From the IMG/VR virus record IMGVR_UViG_3300017783_003484, positions 1-5,309 of that record: DNA of 5,309 nt. One strand, written 5' to 3'. A program made the translations under genes and the position numbers. The notes beneath the pieces are model-generated. The model was not told the origin of the DNA. It ran no database searches and worked only from the letters and a program-made list of their open reading frames with translations. This stretch comes from a virus. Position 1 is the stretch's first letter. The number at the start of each line of letters is the position of its first letter. Below are positions 5,309 to 5,309 of this stretch, in pieces.

Positions 5309-5309
5309 A
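5288..5309. repeat. Terminal direct repeat, right copy (circular-assembly overlap)
   Basis: An exact 22-nt copy of 1-22. The Rep reading frame is continuous across it, so the molecule is circular with a 5287-nt unit. Confidence 0.97.

Noticed and set aside
5288-5309. The 22-nt terminal repeat as a biological direct terminal repeat or attachment-site duplication
   Set aside because: The Rep frame runs straight through it and the flanks form one continuous gene. It is therefore the overlap left by linearising a circular assembly.
1-5309. tRNA, rRNA, CRISPR array, transposase, integrase or toxin-antitoxin genes
   Set aside because: There is no spaced repeat array and no cloverleaf-like or rRNA-like segment. 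No ORF has recombinase or transposase motifs. The coding capacity is fully accounted for by the microvirus gene set plus the small accessory ORFs.

Overview
This window is one complete, circularly permuted genome of a small ssDNA phage of the family Microviridae. It is the non-phiX type (Alpavirinae- or gokushovirus-like), not a piece of bacterial chromosome. Bases 1-22 recur exactly at 5288-5309, so the unit genome is 5287 nt. The replication-initiator gene reads seamlessly across that junction (429->1 joined to 5287->4778, 312 aa) and carries rolling-circle motif I, HUH and YxxxY motifs. Every supportable gene is on the minus strand, and most genes abut or overlap their neighbours. In transcription order they are: Rep/VP4, a 79-nt spacer, five small accessory ORFs, major capsid protein VP1 (659 aa), a 116-aa protein in the VP3 position, a 136-nt highly structured spacer, and pilot protein VP2 (271 aa), which ends 1 nt before the Rep start. 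Two of the five accessory ORFs are shorter than anything in the supplied ORF track and were found by hand translation. The most interesting region is 4120-4698, where three ORFs are linked by start/stop overlaps: a 27-aa single-transmembrane peptide, a 115-aa protein matching my memory of the DUF5675 family with a YkuD-like His...Gly-Cys signature, and a 52-aa peptide with an amphipathic helix plus a canonical EF-hand-type loop. I propose this as a candidate lysis or cell-wall-remodelling cassette, in a group of microviruses for which I know of no established lysis gene. All plus-strand ORFs in the track look like antisense shadows on a pyrimidine-rich strand. I saw no tRNA, rRNA, CRISPR array, transposase or integrase. 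All family assignments rest on motifs read by eye, not on searches.
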